Origin: Daphnia carinata
Taxonomy: Eukaryota
DNA: 64,000 bases
NCBI RefSeq assembly: GCF_022539665.2
Contig: NC_081331.1
Coordinates: 806,001 to 870,000, forward strand
Reading direction: 5' to 3'
The position numbers were made by a program, and so were the translations under genes. Positions 42,754-55,590 of the stretch are shown here, piece by piece; position 1 is the stretch's first letter; each line of letters begins with the position of its first letter. Under the pieces are notes generated by a model. That model was not told the origin of the DNA. It was given only the letters and a program-made list of their open reading frames with translations, and did no database searches.

Positions 42754-43774
42754 CTTGTTCGTTTGAAACGATATGCCTTTTCTTCGCTCGTTTCAAGAGG
42801 GCAAGATATTTATCTTATGTTACTCAAAGTTCTTAATTTGAATTTCTGGTTTATTTATCGTTGAATTTAAAATTTATTATTTCTTGAGTACACGTTGTAA
42901 AGTATTTAGTTAGAGGCCTCTGGTTATTCGTTTTGTGGTTATTGCTGTAGAAGCCGTTTCGTGCAACTCAATACACTTTGAAAGAATAACATGTTCGTTT
43001 AATTTGTTATTTCTCTACTTTATTACAGTTGATGTAAAATGAAACACCCAAAGCTTTTGGTTAAGGTCCTTCTAGGTTTAGGCAAATGATTTCATTCTGC
43101 AATCTTATACTCTTATCGTTTCTAAATTACATCTTTTATCCGCTGACTCTTTACCTTTAGGCAATGTTTTGCAACTTTATTGCCGGGAGTCTAGAAGCTC
43201 AATTATAAACGTATCAGCATATAATTGGTATCATTAACACACCTGTAATCATGCCACTTCTTTTTTCAGTCCCTATTACTTATATTTGTTTGAATTCATC
43301 TTGGATATGATAGAGCTTGGCTTTATGGAAATGTGCGGTCATTAACATTAAATATAAGAACTTGAAGGTCCAACTGAAGTACAATTTCGAAATCCTAGTT
43401 GATATTAGTTTTCCTGCGGTAACTATTATCGCCTTAATTGATCAAAAGCGATGGGCCATGTAACTTAATTGGAAATCCCTAAGTTTTGAAGACACTTTTA
43501 TTAAAATTGTCTGCGTTATTTTCAAAGTGTATCTAATCATAAGATAGTGTTTTACAAAGCTTCGTGACGTCTGATTCCGTAATTAATGTTGACTTATCCA
43601 AAAGCGAACATATTAAGAAGGAACAGGTATAATGCATGATCAAATAATTTTATTACAAACTCTTAACAAACGTTAAATTTATAGATGTTAAATCTGAGTT
43701 AGTTAAATATCAGTGCACTGAACCATCATTCTTGGATAGCTCCCAATAAGCAAACCAATCAGCCAAGATATAAT

Positions 43775-44442
43775 TTATTTGCCGGTGGATCCGCACAATT
43801 GGTATCCAGTGGTGCTGCGACAGGTGGCCGTCAACGTAGTAGTGGTAGTTGTGGTGGAGGTGGTCGTGACGGTCGAAGTGCCGAAATACAGCAATACGCG
43901 ACCTTGTCCGGCCGGAGCATTGAATCCTGGTTGAACGACGAATGGAATAGGAGCGGCCTCTTTCCTGACTTGTCGGACAGGTACAACCTCAGACGATGTG
44001 GACTTTTCTTTAATTCTATTAGGTACAAAGTATTGATTAGTCATCTACAAACAATGAACTAACACAAGAAAAGCAAATTGTGATGTATTTACGTTTCAGG
44101 TAGAGGAAGAAAAATACTTCCGTCTTCGCTTTCTCCTTCATTTTCGTTGTAGAACAGTCCACGACCTTCCCTGTTTCCGCTAAGATGGAGACCACGACGG
44201 CGTCTTCCGGAAGCCGTGCAAACCGAAAGTCCACCTGTGGACGTGGTGCATGTTGTTACAGCGGACGTTGTCACGGTAACTGTCGTTGTTACAAATGTCA
44301 ACGAGGCTGTTTTAATGAAACGCTCCTCAGCTTTGACTTGAATGGCATCAAAAGACGGATGAGGGTCGCTCGCTTGATATTGCGCAGAAGCGCAATAAAC
44401 TGCTACGGCCAAGACCAAGAAGCTTTGCAAAGAATGTTGCAT
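43775..44442 (-). CDS. Secreted Thr-rich double Cys-loop precursor, copy 7
   Basis: Signal peptide; AEER-FIK; core as in copy 4; ends CRSTTGYQLCGSTGK*. Confidence 0.9.
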
Positions 44443-45057
44443 CTTTTTTTTTCCGTGTTGTATTGGTTGAAATTAAGCTGATAGGGAGTGACTTTCACGA
44501 AGTAAGTAAACAAGATATTGAGGGTGAACATTTGTCTTCCTTTATATACTTTAGTTGGCATACTTGGTAACGCCCAGCAACGGGAAAATGTGTTAACCGA
44601 CTACCTCAGGGATCAAAAAATCATGTTTGATATTTCGGTGTTCTTTTTGTTTATATATTTGTAAATGAAACGACTCGTGGGGTTAGGTTAGGTTAGGGAA
44701 CGACGATAAAAAAATTAGCAAGGTGTTGATAAAGAATTCCTGGACGTGATGGCCACTTAAGTCGCTCAACACTTTTTGGTAAGCGAAAAACTCACGCATT
44801 ATTCGTTAGATAAAAATAATGTTAAATGAAATTGCTCATAATGTATGCTTGTTGAATATGTATTTAGCCCCACAGTCAATTAACAAAACGGATTACAGTA
44901 ACAAACAGGTCAATGGCCGAGGCAGCTTTGATCAAATGGTTATTATGGATAAGTGTATCGATAAATACAACAAAGAATCATGTTTAAAACGCAACATCAA
45001 AAGGCAGAACGTTGGTTCAGGTAATTTAGCTTTTTTTGGAAAGGATTGGTTCGTGTT

Positions 45058-45768
45058 TTATTTTTTACCAGCAGAATTGCAAACCTGGAATCCGGTGGTG
45101 CTTATGCAAATGGCGGTGAGACTGGCGATAGATGTTACTGTGGTAGTGCTGGTAATGGTCGTCGTGGTAAAGGTGAATAACAACCGATTTTGCCGGGCAG
45201 GAGCTTCAAATCCGGGCTGTACGACATATGGGATCGGCTCAATCGACTCACGAACTTCACGAGCAGATTCAACTTCCTGTTGAATGGGTTGAACATCCAC
45301 TCTGTGATAAGACAAACAAAAAGTTATAAAAACATATCATTTAATTTATACAAAACTTTAATCGAAGCGGTTAGATTTAATTTACTTGGGTAATGGCAGG
45401 AAAACGTTGCCATTTTCGTTATCTTCTTCATTTTCGTTGTAGAACAGTCCGCGTCCTTCCTTCTTTCCGCTAAGATGGAGACCACGACGACGTCGTCCGG
45501 AAGCTGTGCAAACGGAAAGACCAGCGGTGGAAGTCGTGCATGTTGTCACCGTAGTTGTGGTGGCGGTGATGGTCGACGTCTGGAGACTCAGCGTCACAGT
45601 TTTGAAGATGAATCGGCCTTCAGCTCTCGGTTGTATAGCGTAAGAGGATTCTGGACCACCCGCATTGAAAGTCTTTTCTTGATTGTTGTTATCGGATTCC
45701 GGTTGAGCTTCAGCATAAACGCACGCTGATACAGTCAATACCAACACACTTGCAAAGAGGAATTTCAT
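45058..45768 (-). CDS. Secreted Thr-rich double Cys-loop precursor, copy 8
   Basis: Signal peptide; AEGR-FIFK; ends CISTTGFQVCNSAGKK*. Confidence 0.9.
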
Positions 45769-47060
45769 TTTCGCAATTGTACTGGAACTTCTTTCAGAAT
45801 TTCAGCGTCTTGACCGAGCCTGTATTTGGCCTTATATAGAATTTTATACGGTTTACATCGAATTTATATGTGGCTGTACATACATTTGGGTCCCTGCAGG
45901 GTTGATGATGTTTTGATAGGTCAAAAATCAGTAGGTATAATTTTATATTTCTATAGCCGATTGATGTAGCCTAGATCACTAAACAATGATCATTTGCTCA
46001 TGCCCGCCTCTTCATTGTGCTTTCTCATTTTCGCCTATCGAAGTTGTATTGCGATCCATTGATGAAGAAATAGGCTAAGCCATACTCTAGTTTCTCCATT
46101 TGCTCGTTAACATACATTCTATGCCGGATGGCTTTCAGCTATTCATTCGGCCATTGCATTGTCGGCCAAATAAGTTCACCCGCTGCCAACTACCTAGGAT
46201 TTTTCGGTTGGTCAAACCATCGGCAACATCATCGAGAAATTAGAATGAAACCTTAGTGCTAAAAAAAGGACATGGCACGTATGGATGAATTGGTGGATTT
46301 CTGTCATGTGGCACTATGCGAATGCCTCAGACTTCTTTCAACTTTGCCGTAGTTTCGTGGCAAAGTGCCATATATTTCGTGCCAGATGTCCATCAATCAA
46401 ATAGAGTCACTTCATTACCTCATGTGGCTATAGTTTTTGGCCTCTACAACAGCGAGTGGATACCTAGCCGAAAGCAACTGTCCAGTTGGCAGCTACTGGG
46501 TACCAATCATGACAATTCAAGCTGTTCTTTGAACTCCTCTGGTTGTATAACATCTGTGATAAAAGGCAAATTTTTTTAACTATGGTTGATTCATAGGATG
46601 TTGACTATAAATTCAACAATTTCACTATCAGTACTTTATTACTCCTCTTTTTGTATCGCACAACACATTTTGGATAATACTTCGCAATTCTTTCTGTTGT
46701 TTTCATTGTTAGCATCAATCACTAACTTTTGAAAGGCTCATCGAACGCGCCGAAGTTTGTTGGCCAAAAATTCCATTTTCGTCATCCACTAGTTTATTTC
46801 AGTTAAGAATGAAGTAAAGCAAGGTTGATAAATACTTCCAGCAGGAGCCAAAAAATGTCGACTGTGAGTAATGACATTTACAAAAATAAAACCGAGAGAA
46901 ACCTCATTGGAACCATTGTGTAAATCGTCGCCAAGCAAAATCGACGGTAAAAACCTTTATATTGAGCACGGTAAAAATTACCGATAAGAAAATAATGCAG
47001 AAAGCCGATAGAAGTTGGATTTTAGCACATAATAATATAATAATTTAAAGAACGTTCGAA

Positions 47061-47724
47061 TTATTTTCCGTTTGAGCCGCAGACTTGGAAACCTGTGGTG
47101 CTCTGGCAAATGGCAGTCAGCGAAGTGACCGTTGTGGTGGTCGAGGTGGAAGTAGTTGTCACAGTGCTGAATGCCAAAAGGACGCGAGGTTGAGCTCCGG
47201 AAGGTGCGCTAAATCCGGGCTGGATGACGTAAGGAATCGCAACGGGAGCGCGTTCAACGCGAACAGATTCGGCTTTTGCGGCGGCGACTTCGGGCTCGGG
47301 TCTAGCAATTTCGAGTTGAAATATATTTGAAATTGGTAATTGAAAGAAATAAAAATGAAACTTACGACTTGACAGAAGGCAAAAAGATATTGCCATCTTC
47401 GTTGGCTTCTTCATTTTCATTGTAGAAGAGTCCACGGCCTTCCTTGTTTCCGCTGAGATGGAGACCACGACGGCGTCGGCCAGATGCTGTGCAGACGGAA
47501 AGGCCACCAGTGGACGTGGTGCATGTCGATGTCTTGGTCGTTGTAGTGTAAGTCGTTGAGGTCGAGAAGGTCAAAGTTACGGTGTAGAATGTGCGTCCGT
47601 CAGCCTCTACTGATGTTGACTGATCGAACGATGGTTGGGGATTGACTTGGGGTTCAGGATTGGCCTCAGCGTAGGCGACGGCAACAGCTCCCAAGACCAA
47701 AAGACAGGCAAATGTGAGACGCAT
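47061..47724 (-). CDS. Secreted Thr-rich double Cys-loop precursor, copy 9
   Basis: MRLTF signal peptide; ADGR-TFY; ends CQSTTGFQVCGSNGK*. Confidence 0.9.
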
Positions 47725-49170
47725 TTTGAGCAAGAAGATAAATCAGACTAAGATCGAGTTGGAAGATCCAACAGAAATTGGTTGCAGTCGTCAGTTTACC
47801 GGTCTTTTATATGCGGCTCCTTCGGCAGCTTCGTACCGTGAGTCGAAAAAGAGTTGCCTCGCGGCCTGATGATTTTTTAATAGTTAGAAATTAGCTACTC
47901 GTAGAATTGTAGTATGTCGGTACTTACAGTATATTATGCTTACGTAATGCCTTTATTTTCATCCATATATTTGCTCGGTAGCGTTCGACGTCCTCGTTCA
48001 CATTCTCGTTCATCGTACTATGAACTGCCAGTATGGTATGAATTCATTCATATTGCTCAGGGCTTTTGAATTGATCTTCGAAATATGTCACGAAATTAAT
48101 ATAATTCGTAGTCTGTGCTACGTCTCATCCGTCAATTGAACATCAGCGAGTTCTCGGTTTGAAATGTGCTGAAGCTAAAAACCAAGTCGTATCGTAGACC
48201 ATTGTCCAGGTGTTGCTATTGCTGTGCTTCTGTTCAGTGCTAATGGGGATGTGTGAATTGATAATAGCCTCCAGCTGTATAGCTATTAGAAACATTCACA
48301 TTTTGGTGCCACAGCAACGAGCTTTTCATCTAAAATATCTGATGCACTTAACCTAAATAGAGTGTAAATGGTCAATGAATGTATTAATGGGCAGTGTAAA
48401 TATATTTGCTAGAAATACCTTTTTAGATAATCTGGGCCCAATTGCGAGAATCCATTGTTTTTTTACCTAATCGAAGCACATTTTTCAAATGAGATGGCCA
48501 GAGGTCAAGAAAAGCAAAAGATACGTGTCATTTGAAACCTTTAAGCGTTCAAGCGTTGTTCGGGACAAAATTATAGAAATTGTAGAAATAACCTTGACGA
48601 AATTCCCTGAAAGAAACGGAAATCAAGAAACAACCGAAAAGAACAGGTATTTTCTTACCCAGCCTTTGCAGCTTGGCAAACTGAATAGCAAGAGAATTAA
48701 GTGTGAAAAATGAAAATTTGCACCGACAAGGAACTGCCAACGTTTTCAATCTTCCATTAGTTCACGGACTCGTGAATGAACGATTGTCTAGGTACAGTCT
48801 TCTTCCAGAAGAAGGCGCTAGTAAATTAAACGGGTTACATATCAGTCACGCAGTATTCTAACCCAAAATCGGAAAAAGGACTAGACCTGGGCTGGAAGAC
48901 GTCCTGCTTGTGTTCGTGCTTTGATTCAAAGGGCGATTTCTACTATTGGTCGTTGTTCTGATCGTAATAAAAAAACACTTGCCAACGTGTCATAAACGTG
49001 TAGAATTTTTTGTGATTGTATTTCTGTTTATTACAATTGAAACGGGGAATGAAGATGCAAAGGAATTCGAATTTTTTTTCATTTTCTTATTTTTATCTTA
49101 TTAGAAACCAAGCCACCTGCGGTGCCGCAATTCGTTTGTGTACATTTGCAAAGTATTTAAAATGTGTTGC

Positions 49171-49866
49171 TTATTTTCCTGTAGTACCGCAAAGCGCAAA
49201 ACCGGTGGTGCTGCTGCAAAACGCCGTCAAGCTGATGGTTGAGGTGGTGACGGTGTAAGATGTGAGTGTAGACGTCCCGAACGCTACCAAAAAGCGATTC
49301 ACTGGGCTATCTTTTGGCAATTCGAAACCCGATTCAACGGTCAACGGGATCGCGGAATTGTCACTTGATTTAGACTGAACCTCATCAACGGGATTCTTTG
49401 AGCTAAGGCGATTCAAGAATTCAGAAATTAAATTGAATAAAATGCATTGCTTATGATGCAACAGAAATTAATGCACAAATTTTGAATAAAACAAGAAGGC
49501 ATTGACTAACCCTGTGGCAGCAGGAAGAAAGGAGCTACCCTCTTTGTTCTGGATTTCTTCGTCGTTGTAAAAAAGACCACGACGATTGCGTCCCTGTGAT
49601 GCGGCTTCATCGTAAAAGAGGCCGCGTCGACGACGACCGATGGTGCAGGTAGTCAGGGCGGCTGATGAGGTGGTGCAAGTGGTGGTACTGGTCAATGTGG
49701 AAGTGACGGTGGTACTCGTTTTGAGAACAGTAAATGTCGTGAAAGATAAACTGCCATTGTAGATGAAGATTCGGGAACTATTGGCTTCCGTAGTGCCGTG
49801 ACTACCATTGACAAAGGAAGCGACGACGATGCTGAAGATCAGTGAAAAAAGAAACTCAAAACGCAT
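49171..49866 (-). CDS. Secreted Thr-rich double Cys-loop precursor, copy 10
   Basis: MRFEF signal peptide; CTTSSAALTTCTIGRRRRGLFYDEAASQGRNRRGLFY; ends CSSTTGFALCGTTGK*. Confidence 0.9.
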
Positions 49867-51260
49867 TTTGATGTTTGAGATTTCAAATGGAGGCGTCTTC
49901 AGTGTTAAAGTGAGGCTCTGCCTTAACTCATTGCTGGGCACTATTTATACGGTCCAGCACAGCAGTTATGGGCTGATAGAGCCTAGTGGCTGGATTGGTC
50001 ATCTACTGTCAGGAGTGAAGGTACCGGACTCCGAGAAAGGCAACATTTAAATGTCAATCAAACATTAGGTCGTTGCCAAACCAATTTCAAACGTTGATTA
50101 GTTTCCATCTTTTCGTTTACTTTTTTTGAGAAACACAACCAGGATCATCAACTCTACTTCGTTGTGTTAGTTGCATAAAGGTGAAATCTGAGGTCACGCC
50201 CATTTCTGTTTTGATCTTCTCCATCTAAACGAGCTGAAATCAAACGAAAATATTTGCATCCAAGCAGGTATATTTTTCCACGACCTAGGTAAATCCGTCA
50301 ATCAAACCCCCCTCGTTTCAATTACTACAGGTCTGCGTGCGCTATTAACATTAGTCTAATACTACTAATACGATCGTTTCCTCTGATCTTTATTGCCGTT
50401 TATAACAGGTCGGTCTGTTGCTGTCTGTATGGTATTAGCTGATATGGCAATTCGTATGCGCATTCATATTTTAGATTACTTTTAGAAGAGTATGCATCAT
50501 ACATCTTGGGTCATTGTAGCTCGGGATAAGTAAAGGGTTTCTTGTATGTGTTGAAATCGGATAGTCGGCCACTATTGCGTCTAATTTAACGCTTGTTAAG
50601 TAAGCCACTTTAGTAGTAATGATTTTTTTCGGGTACGTTATCGATGATCAAACCATGTAGGTACCAACAAATCCATCTATATCATACATCCGCGATAGTT
50701 TGATCGCAAACATTAGATTACGGATTGTAAAAGAAAAGCTAATGTTTCATTCGCTATTACTCACGAACGGAACGTTCGGTTCCGCTTTATTTTGAGTAAT
50801 ACGAACTATTACTCTTTCCGTTATTCTCTCTACCTGACCTAATAAACTGATGGATTTATCTTTCAAATCACTTTAATCGGACGTCAATCATTGTGTTGCT
50901 GCTAAAATGTGTAATTCAATGAGAAGAAGAGACATGGATATCGAGCGGATAAATAGATCAGTACTCCTTTAGTACAATTACAATTTCACTATCACATTAT
51001 TCGTGAACATTTCCTCATCAACAACAAGTGGTAATTCAAAGACGTAAGCCCTAAATAGAAATGTATTTCAGGATAGTGCTTTCTTGTGACGGTTAAGATT
51101 GAGAACTTGGAATGTACTGTAGGGAAAATAGGGAGCAACAAACTGGGAGTTCTGGAAGAATAGTTCTTGTAACACGGGATATAATGTGATTTGTTTATAT
51201 TGACGGAAGAGTCTGACCAACGTGCTCAGCAGCTTGAGACCAGTACAGGCTCATTGCTTC

Positions 51261-51908
51261 TTATTTTCCTACATTTCCACAGAGCGCAAAGCCAGTGGTG
51301 CTACTGCAGAAGGCAGTCAAGCTGATGGTGCTCGATGTCAAGACGTAGCTGGTGATAGTCGATGTACCAAAAGCCAACAAGAATCGGTTGCCTTCTTGTC
51401 CGGCAGGCAGCGAGAAACCGGCCTGAACTTCCAACGGAATGAGTTCCTCATCAGCGGCGGCTGTTTTGAAAGCCGGAACTTCATTTACAGGATCGCTAGC
51501 CCTATTATAACACATGTTAACATAGATTTAGCAAATTAAAGAAAAAAAAGTGTTTTACTTTTTGTCCGTAGCAAGGAAAGTGCTGCCTTGTTTGTCTTCG
51601 ACTTCCTCATCGTTGTAGAAAAGACCACGGCGATTGCGTCCCTGGGCTGTAGCTTCATCGTAGAAGAGGCCACGTCGACGACGACCGATGGTGCAGGTAG
51701 TCAGAGCGGCTGTTGAGGTGGTGCAAGTGGTGGTACTGGTCAATGTGGAAGTGACGGTAGTGCTTCTTTTGATTATGGTAAAGGTAGAAAATGAGATGGT
51801 GGCAGTGTTTGCGTTCAAGAGAAAACGATCTTTATCATCTTTCTTCTCTACCGTGGCATAGGCAGAAAGCACGGCAAAGGCCAACAAACAGATGATTTCA
51901 AAGCGCAT
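51261..51908 (-). CDS. Secreted Thr-rich double Cys-loop precursor, copy 11
   Basis: MRFEI signal peptide; DKDR-FLL; GRRRRGLFYDEATAQGRNRR; ends CSSTTGFALCGNVGK*. Confidence 0.9.
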
Positions 51909-52942
51909 CCTCGTAGAATCTAGGCAAAGAAAGCTGATGGAATCTATTAAGACTGATGGTAAACGGCGAGCAGTTACCAAGTATTTATACCAATGTGGAT
52001 TGTGCCAACGACATCGTGATTTTTTGTTTGTTAATCATACACGGAAGACGCTTGAGGCGAATGGAAATGAAAGAAATCTTATTGGTTCTCCAAGATCTGT
52101 TGTTTGTTTGCAAGGCTATTACATGTCACATCGCTGATGTGTGATCGCTGATCCATCAACGCAACATCCTTAAGTCTACTTAGGGAGAATCTTATTTGGG
52201 AATACGTTCTTTGTGGAACCCATAATTGTTTTGACCTTTCATATTGTGTCGATTTATATTCTGGAACGTTTATAGATTTTTAATTTCAGGATGTCGTCGT
52301 CTGATATGCTTACCGAATATGTGTTTAAACGGACTTTGGCAATGCGAATGGATTCAGCAAAAATGATTTTCTCCATTTGCGAGTTATTAAACAATATATC
52401 CGCTACGTTATAGAAAAAGATAATCCTGAACTAAACTTATTCATGAAATTTACAAGGTGAAGGTTCTATAAGAAAACATTGAGGCGTCATAAACGTTATA
52501 CATCGTGTTTACATGAAGGATGTATCACCCAATGTTGATACCCAATTACATCAAGTAAAATCTAATTCAAAATATGCAAGATTCAAAAAATTTGATTATA
52601 AAAGAACCTCAAGATCGCAAAATAAGCTCAACTACTTAAATACCCCACTGTTTATATCATTCCCAAGAACCATTATTCGTTTGCCATGTGGACAGATTTG
52701 CTTTACTTCGTGACTTGCAAATATACCATAAGTGAATAACAAAACATTCTATTTCATTGCTGCTTATCAATATTTATTTCAAGGTATTCACAGGAATAAT
52801 CATGAACCCAATATGTTCACATACATGATGCGCGACGGTGTCTTTCCCTCTCGCTCGTTGAAACTAAAAGTAAAAAGGCCGGAATCGTTTTGATTTCGCG
52901 GGAATATTTCTGATACGCAGTAACACAAAGTGATATTAGAAT

Positions 52943-53588
52943 TTATTTCCCAGGAGATCCGCAAAGTGCGAAGCCGGTTGTGCTACTGCAGAAGGCCGTC
53001 AAGCTGATGGTCGACGTGGTAAGGACCAAGCTGGTAACTGTGGACGTGCCGAAAGACAACAGGAAACGATTGGGTCCTACTGCTGGCAAATTGAAACCAG
53101 CCTCGATTTCCAAGGGGATCAGAGATGATTCATCGGCGCGAGTGTTGGCAACCTCAGCAACGGGGTTGCTGGACCTAGTTTTTTTAAATTCAACAATGAT
53201 GAAAACAATAAAAAATATTCAGTATAATCTATACGTACTTCTTGTCAGTTGGGAGGAAAGCGCTGCCTTCCTTGGCGTCGGCTTCTTCGTCGTTGTAAAA
53301 GAGTCCACGACGACTACGGCCCTGGGACGCGGCCTCATCGTAGAACAGACCACGACGACGACGGCCGATGGTGCAAGTCGTCAGGGCGGCCGATGAGGTT
53401 GTGCATGTTGTAGTGGATGTAAAGGTGGAAGTGGTGGTCGTGGTTATTTTCAGCACGGTGAATGTAGTGAAAGAAAGGCTATTGGTGGCAATTAGAAATC
53501 GATCTTTATCGCTTTTAGGAGCTACGTCGGATGCGGCGTAAGCGCACACCACAGCCAAGACCAACAGACAAACAATTTCAAAACGCAT
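52943..53588 (-). CDS. Secreted Thr-rich double Cys-loop precursor, copy 12
   Basis: MRFEI signal peptide; DKDR-FLI; GRRRRGLFYDEAASQGRSRR; exon 2 (not in the ORF track) ends CSSTTGFALCGSPGK*. Confidence 0.88.
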
Positions 53589-54400
53589 TTTTATGAAATG
53601 AAATGCTTGTCGACTGGATGGCTTCAAGAGAGAATTGGCATTAGTGCACCAGTCACTTGCAGTCTATTTATATACAATTTAACTAAGCGCTTTTTCGATG
53701 ATGTTCGTGTATTGTTATCTCCTCCTTATACCCCGATGGCTGAAGTTAAGAAGGCTTTCAAGAACAGTGATTGGCTCACCAAACATGTGTGCTTTCTAAG
53801 TCTGTCATGCATCAACATTTTAAATCTATGACAACTTAGACTTGGCCTTTTAAGTTGGCCAATACTGCAACTCTGAAATAAGAGAGTACACCAGGTAAAC
53901 AGATACGCCCGTTTATTTCAGATTTAGGAAGCCGTTTAATACAAGACAAGAAACGTAATGAATTATTCGAGCTTCAATTGGAACATAGCAGGCCTTACCA
54001 AGTTGGTTTTGATCGGAAATCGTTCTACCATGTACTAATGGGTATACTATCACGTTGATGTATTTTGACTGAACTAGAACCCCTCCCCCCCTCCCCAACC
54101 TCTTTCATAAACGAAACAAGTCATACTTTTTTAGCGAAAAATGGGGCTTGAAATCGAATGAATCCATCCGTTGTTGCGAAAATTAAACGCCACTTTCGGG
54201 AATGTGATTAATTTTTATGTCAATTAAGCTGTTTTTGAATAAAACGGAATTAAAGTTGCTTTACTGCAATAACTTGAATTGAAATAATTTGAAAACTATA
54301 AGTATCACGTGAAAACGAAATCGGTTTTCGTGATCATCAGAAAATTTTGAATAGTAAGCATGCATCATTTACAATACGAATATTTTAGCAAAAAATTACA

Positions 54401-54485
54401 TAAGCCCGACTTTTTAAGCCCGACTTTTCAAGCCCAATTTTTTAAGCCCGACTTTTCAGGCCCAAATTTTTAAGCCCGACTTTTT
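54401..54485. repeat. Tandem run of about 6 degenerate TAAGCCCGACTTTT units
   Basis: TAAGCCCGACTTTTTAAGCCCGACTTTTCAAGCCCAATTTTTTAAGCCCGACTTTTCAGGCCCAAATTTTTAAGCCCGAC; same motif as the elements at 9.5-10.4 kb and 19.9-20.3 kb. Confidence 0.75.
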
Positions 54486-54961
54486 GTATTTAAAAAAATG
54501 ATTACGAATAAAATCGAACTGCTTCTGCTTAAGCGTTTTTGAATAAAACAGAACTGAAGCGGCTTTATTATAACCTCTTTGAATTTGAATGACTCGGATT
54601 CGGATGCTCTGGAACCATAAAGCTGCCCATCGTAAGTAGCATGTGGCTGTCTATCACTTGCTACTTGATGGTTGAAATTTTTGAACTGTACATTCACACG
54701 AATAGGAAAATGAATTGCTGCTCAACTGTATATTCAAGTTCAACTGAAATATTTGATGGGATAAATACTCCCGCGATGTCTTACAGAGCAAAAACATGCC
54801 AGGAATAGGGAAAACGTTTTACAAACAAACATTCAATTACATATGACTCTTTTAGTCACGTATAAGAGAAGCAATAATCTATCTGGGAAACATTGCCAAC
54901 ATGTGATATACAGTATGTCATGGCGAATTCGTCCAAAAAAAGGTCTATGTTGTCAATCTTC

Positions 54962-55590
54962 TTATTTGCCAGATGTGGCGCAAAGACTGAAGCTAGTTGT
55001 GCTGGCGCACGTAGCTGTCAACGAGCGTGTTGAGACCGATGTAGCCGTGGTGGTAATTGTGCTCGTTCCGTATGCCAGCTTGAAACGAGGAGTTCCGGAT
55101 GGTGTGACGAAGCCTTCCGGAAGGCTGAAACCGGACTGGACAACTAATGGAACAGATTTGCTTTCATCTGTGGTCACCTTGGAAGCAGGCTCAGCAGGCT
55201 CAGCAGCTCTAACAGAGAAGAAAGACATTAATCATTGTAATTCATTAAAAACCACAGCTATAATTTTTACCTCTTAACTGGGGCACTGATGGCCTCAGGT
55301 TCGTCATCGTTGTAGAAGAGACCACGGCGGGCACGGCCTTGGTTCTCAGCCTCATCGTAGAAGAGACCACGACGACGGCGACCAGCGGAGCAGGTGTTAA
55401 GCGCGGCTGTTGAAGTGGTGCAAGTGGTGGTAGAGCCAATGGTGGTAGTAGAGGTAACAGTGGAAAGGATGACGGTGAAGGTGCTCAAGAAAATGCGGGC
55501 ATCAGTGGCCGTATCCTTTTTGGGCGGATCGGCAGCTTGGATGGCGACAATGCAAGCCAGCAAGAGAATGCAGCAAACTTTAAGACTCAT
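54962..55590 (-). CDS. Secreted Thr-rich double Cys-loop precursor, copy 13
   Basis: Signal peptide; TDAR-IFL; CTTSTAALNTCSAGRRRRGLFYDEAENQGRARR; ends CASTTSFSLCATSGK*. Confidence 0.9.

Noticed and set aside
44683..44697. (TTAGG)3, the arthropod telomere motif
   Set aside because: Only three units, too short to call an interstitial telomeric array.
54401..54485. CRISPR-like look of the spaced TAAGCCCGAC repeats
   Set aside because: Eukaryotic context, no unique spacers and no cas genes; part of a dispersed repeat family.
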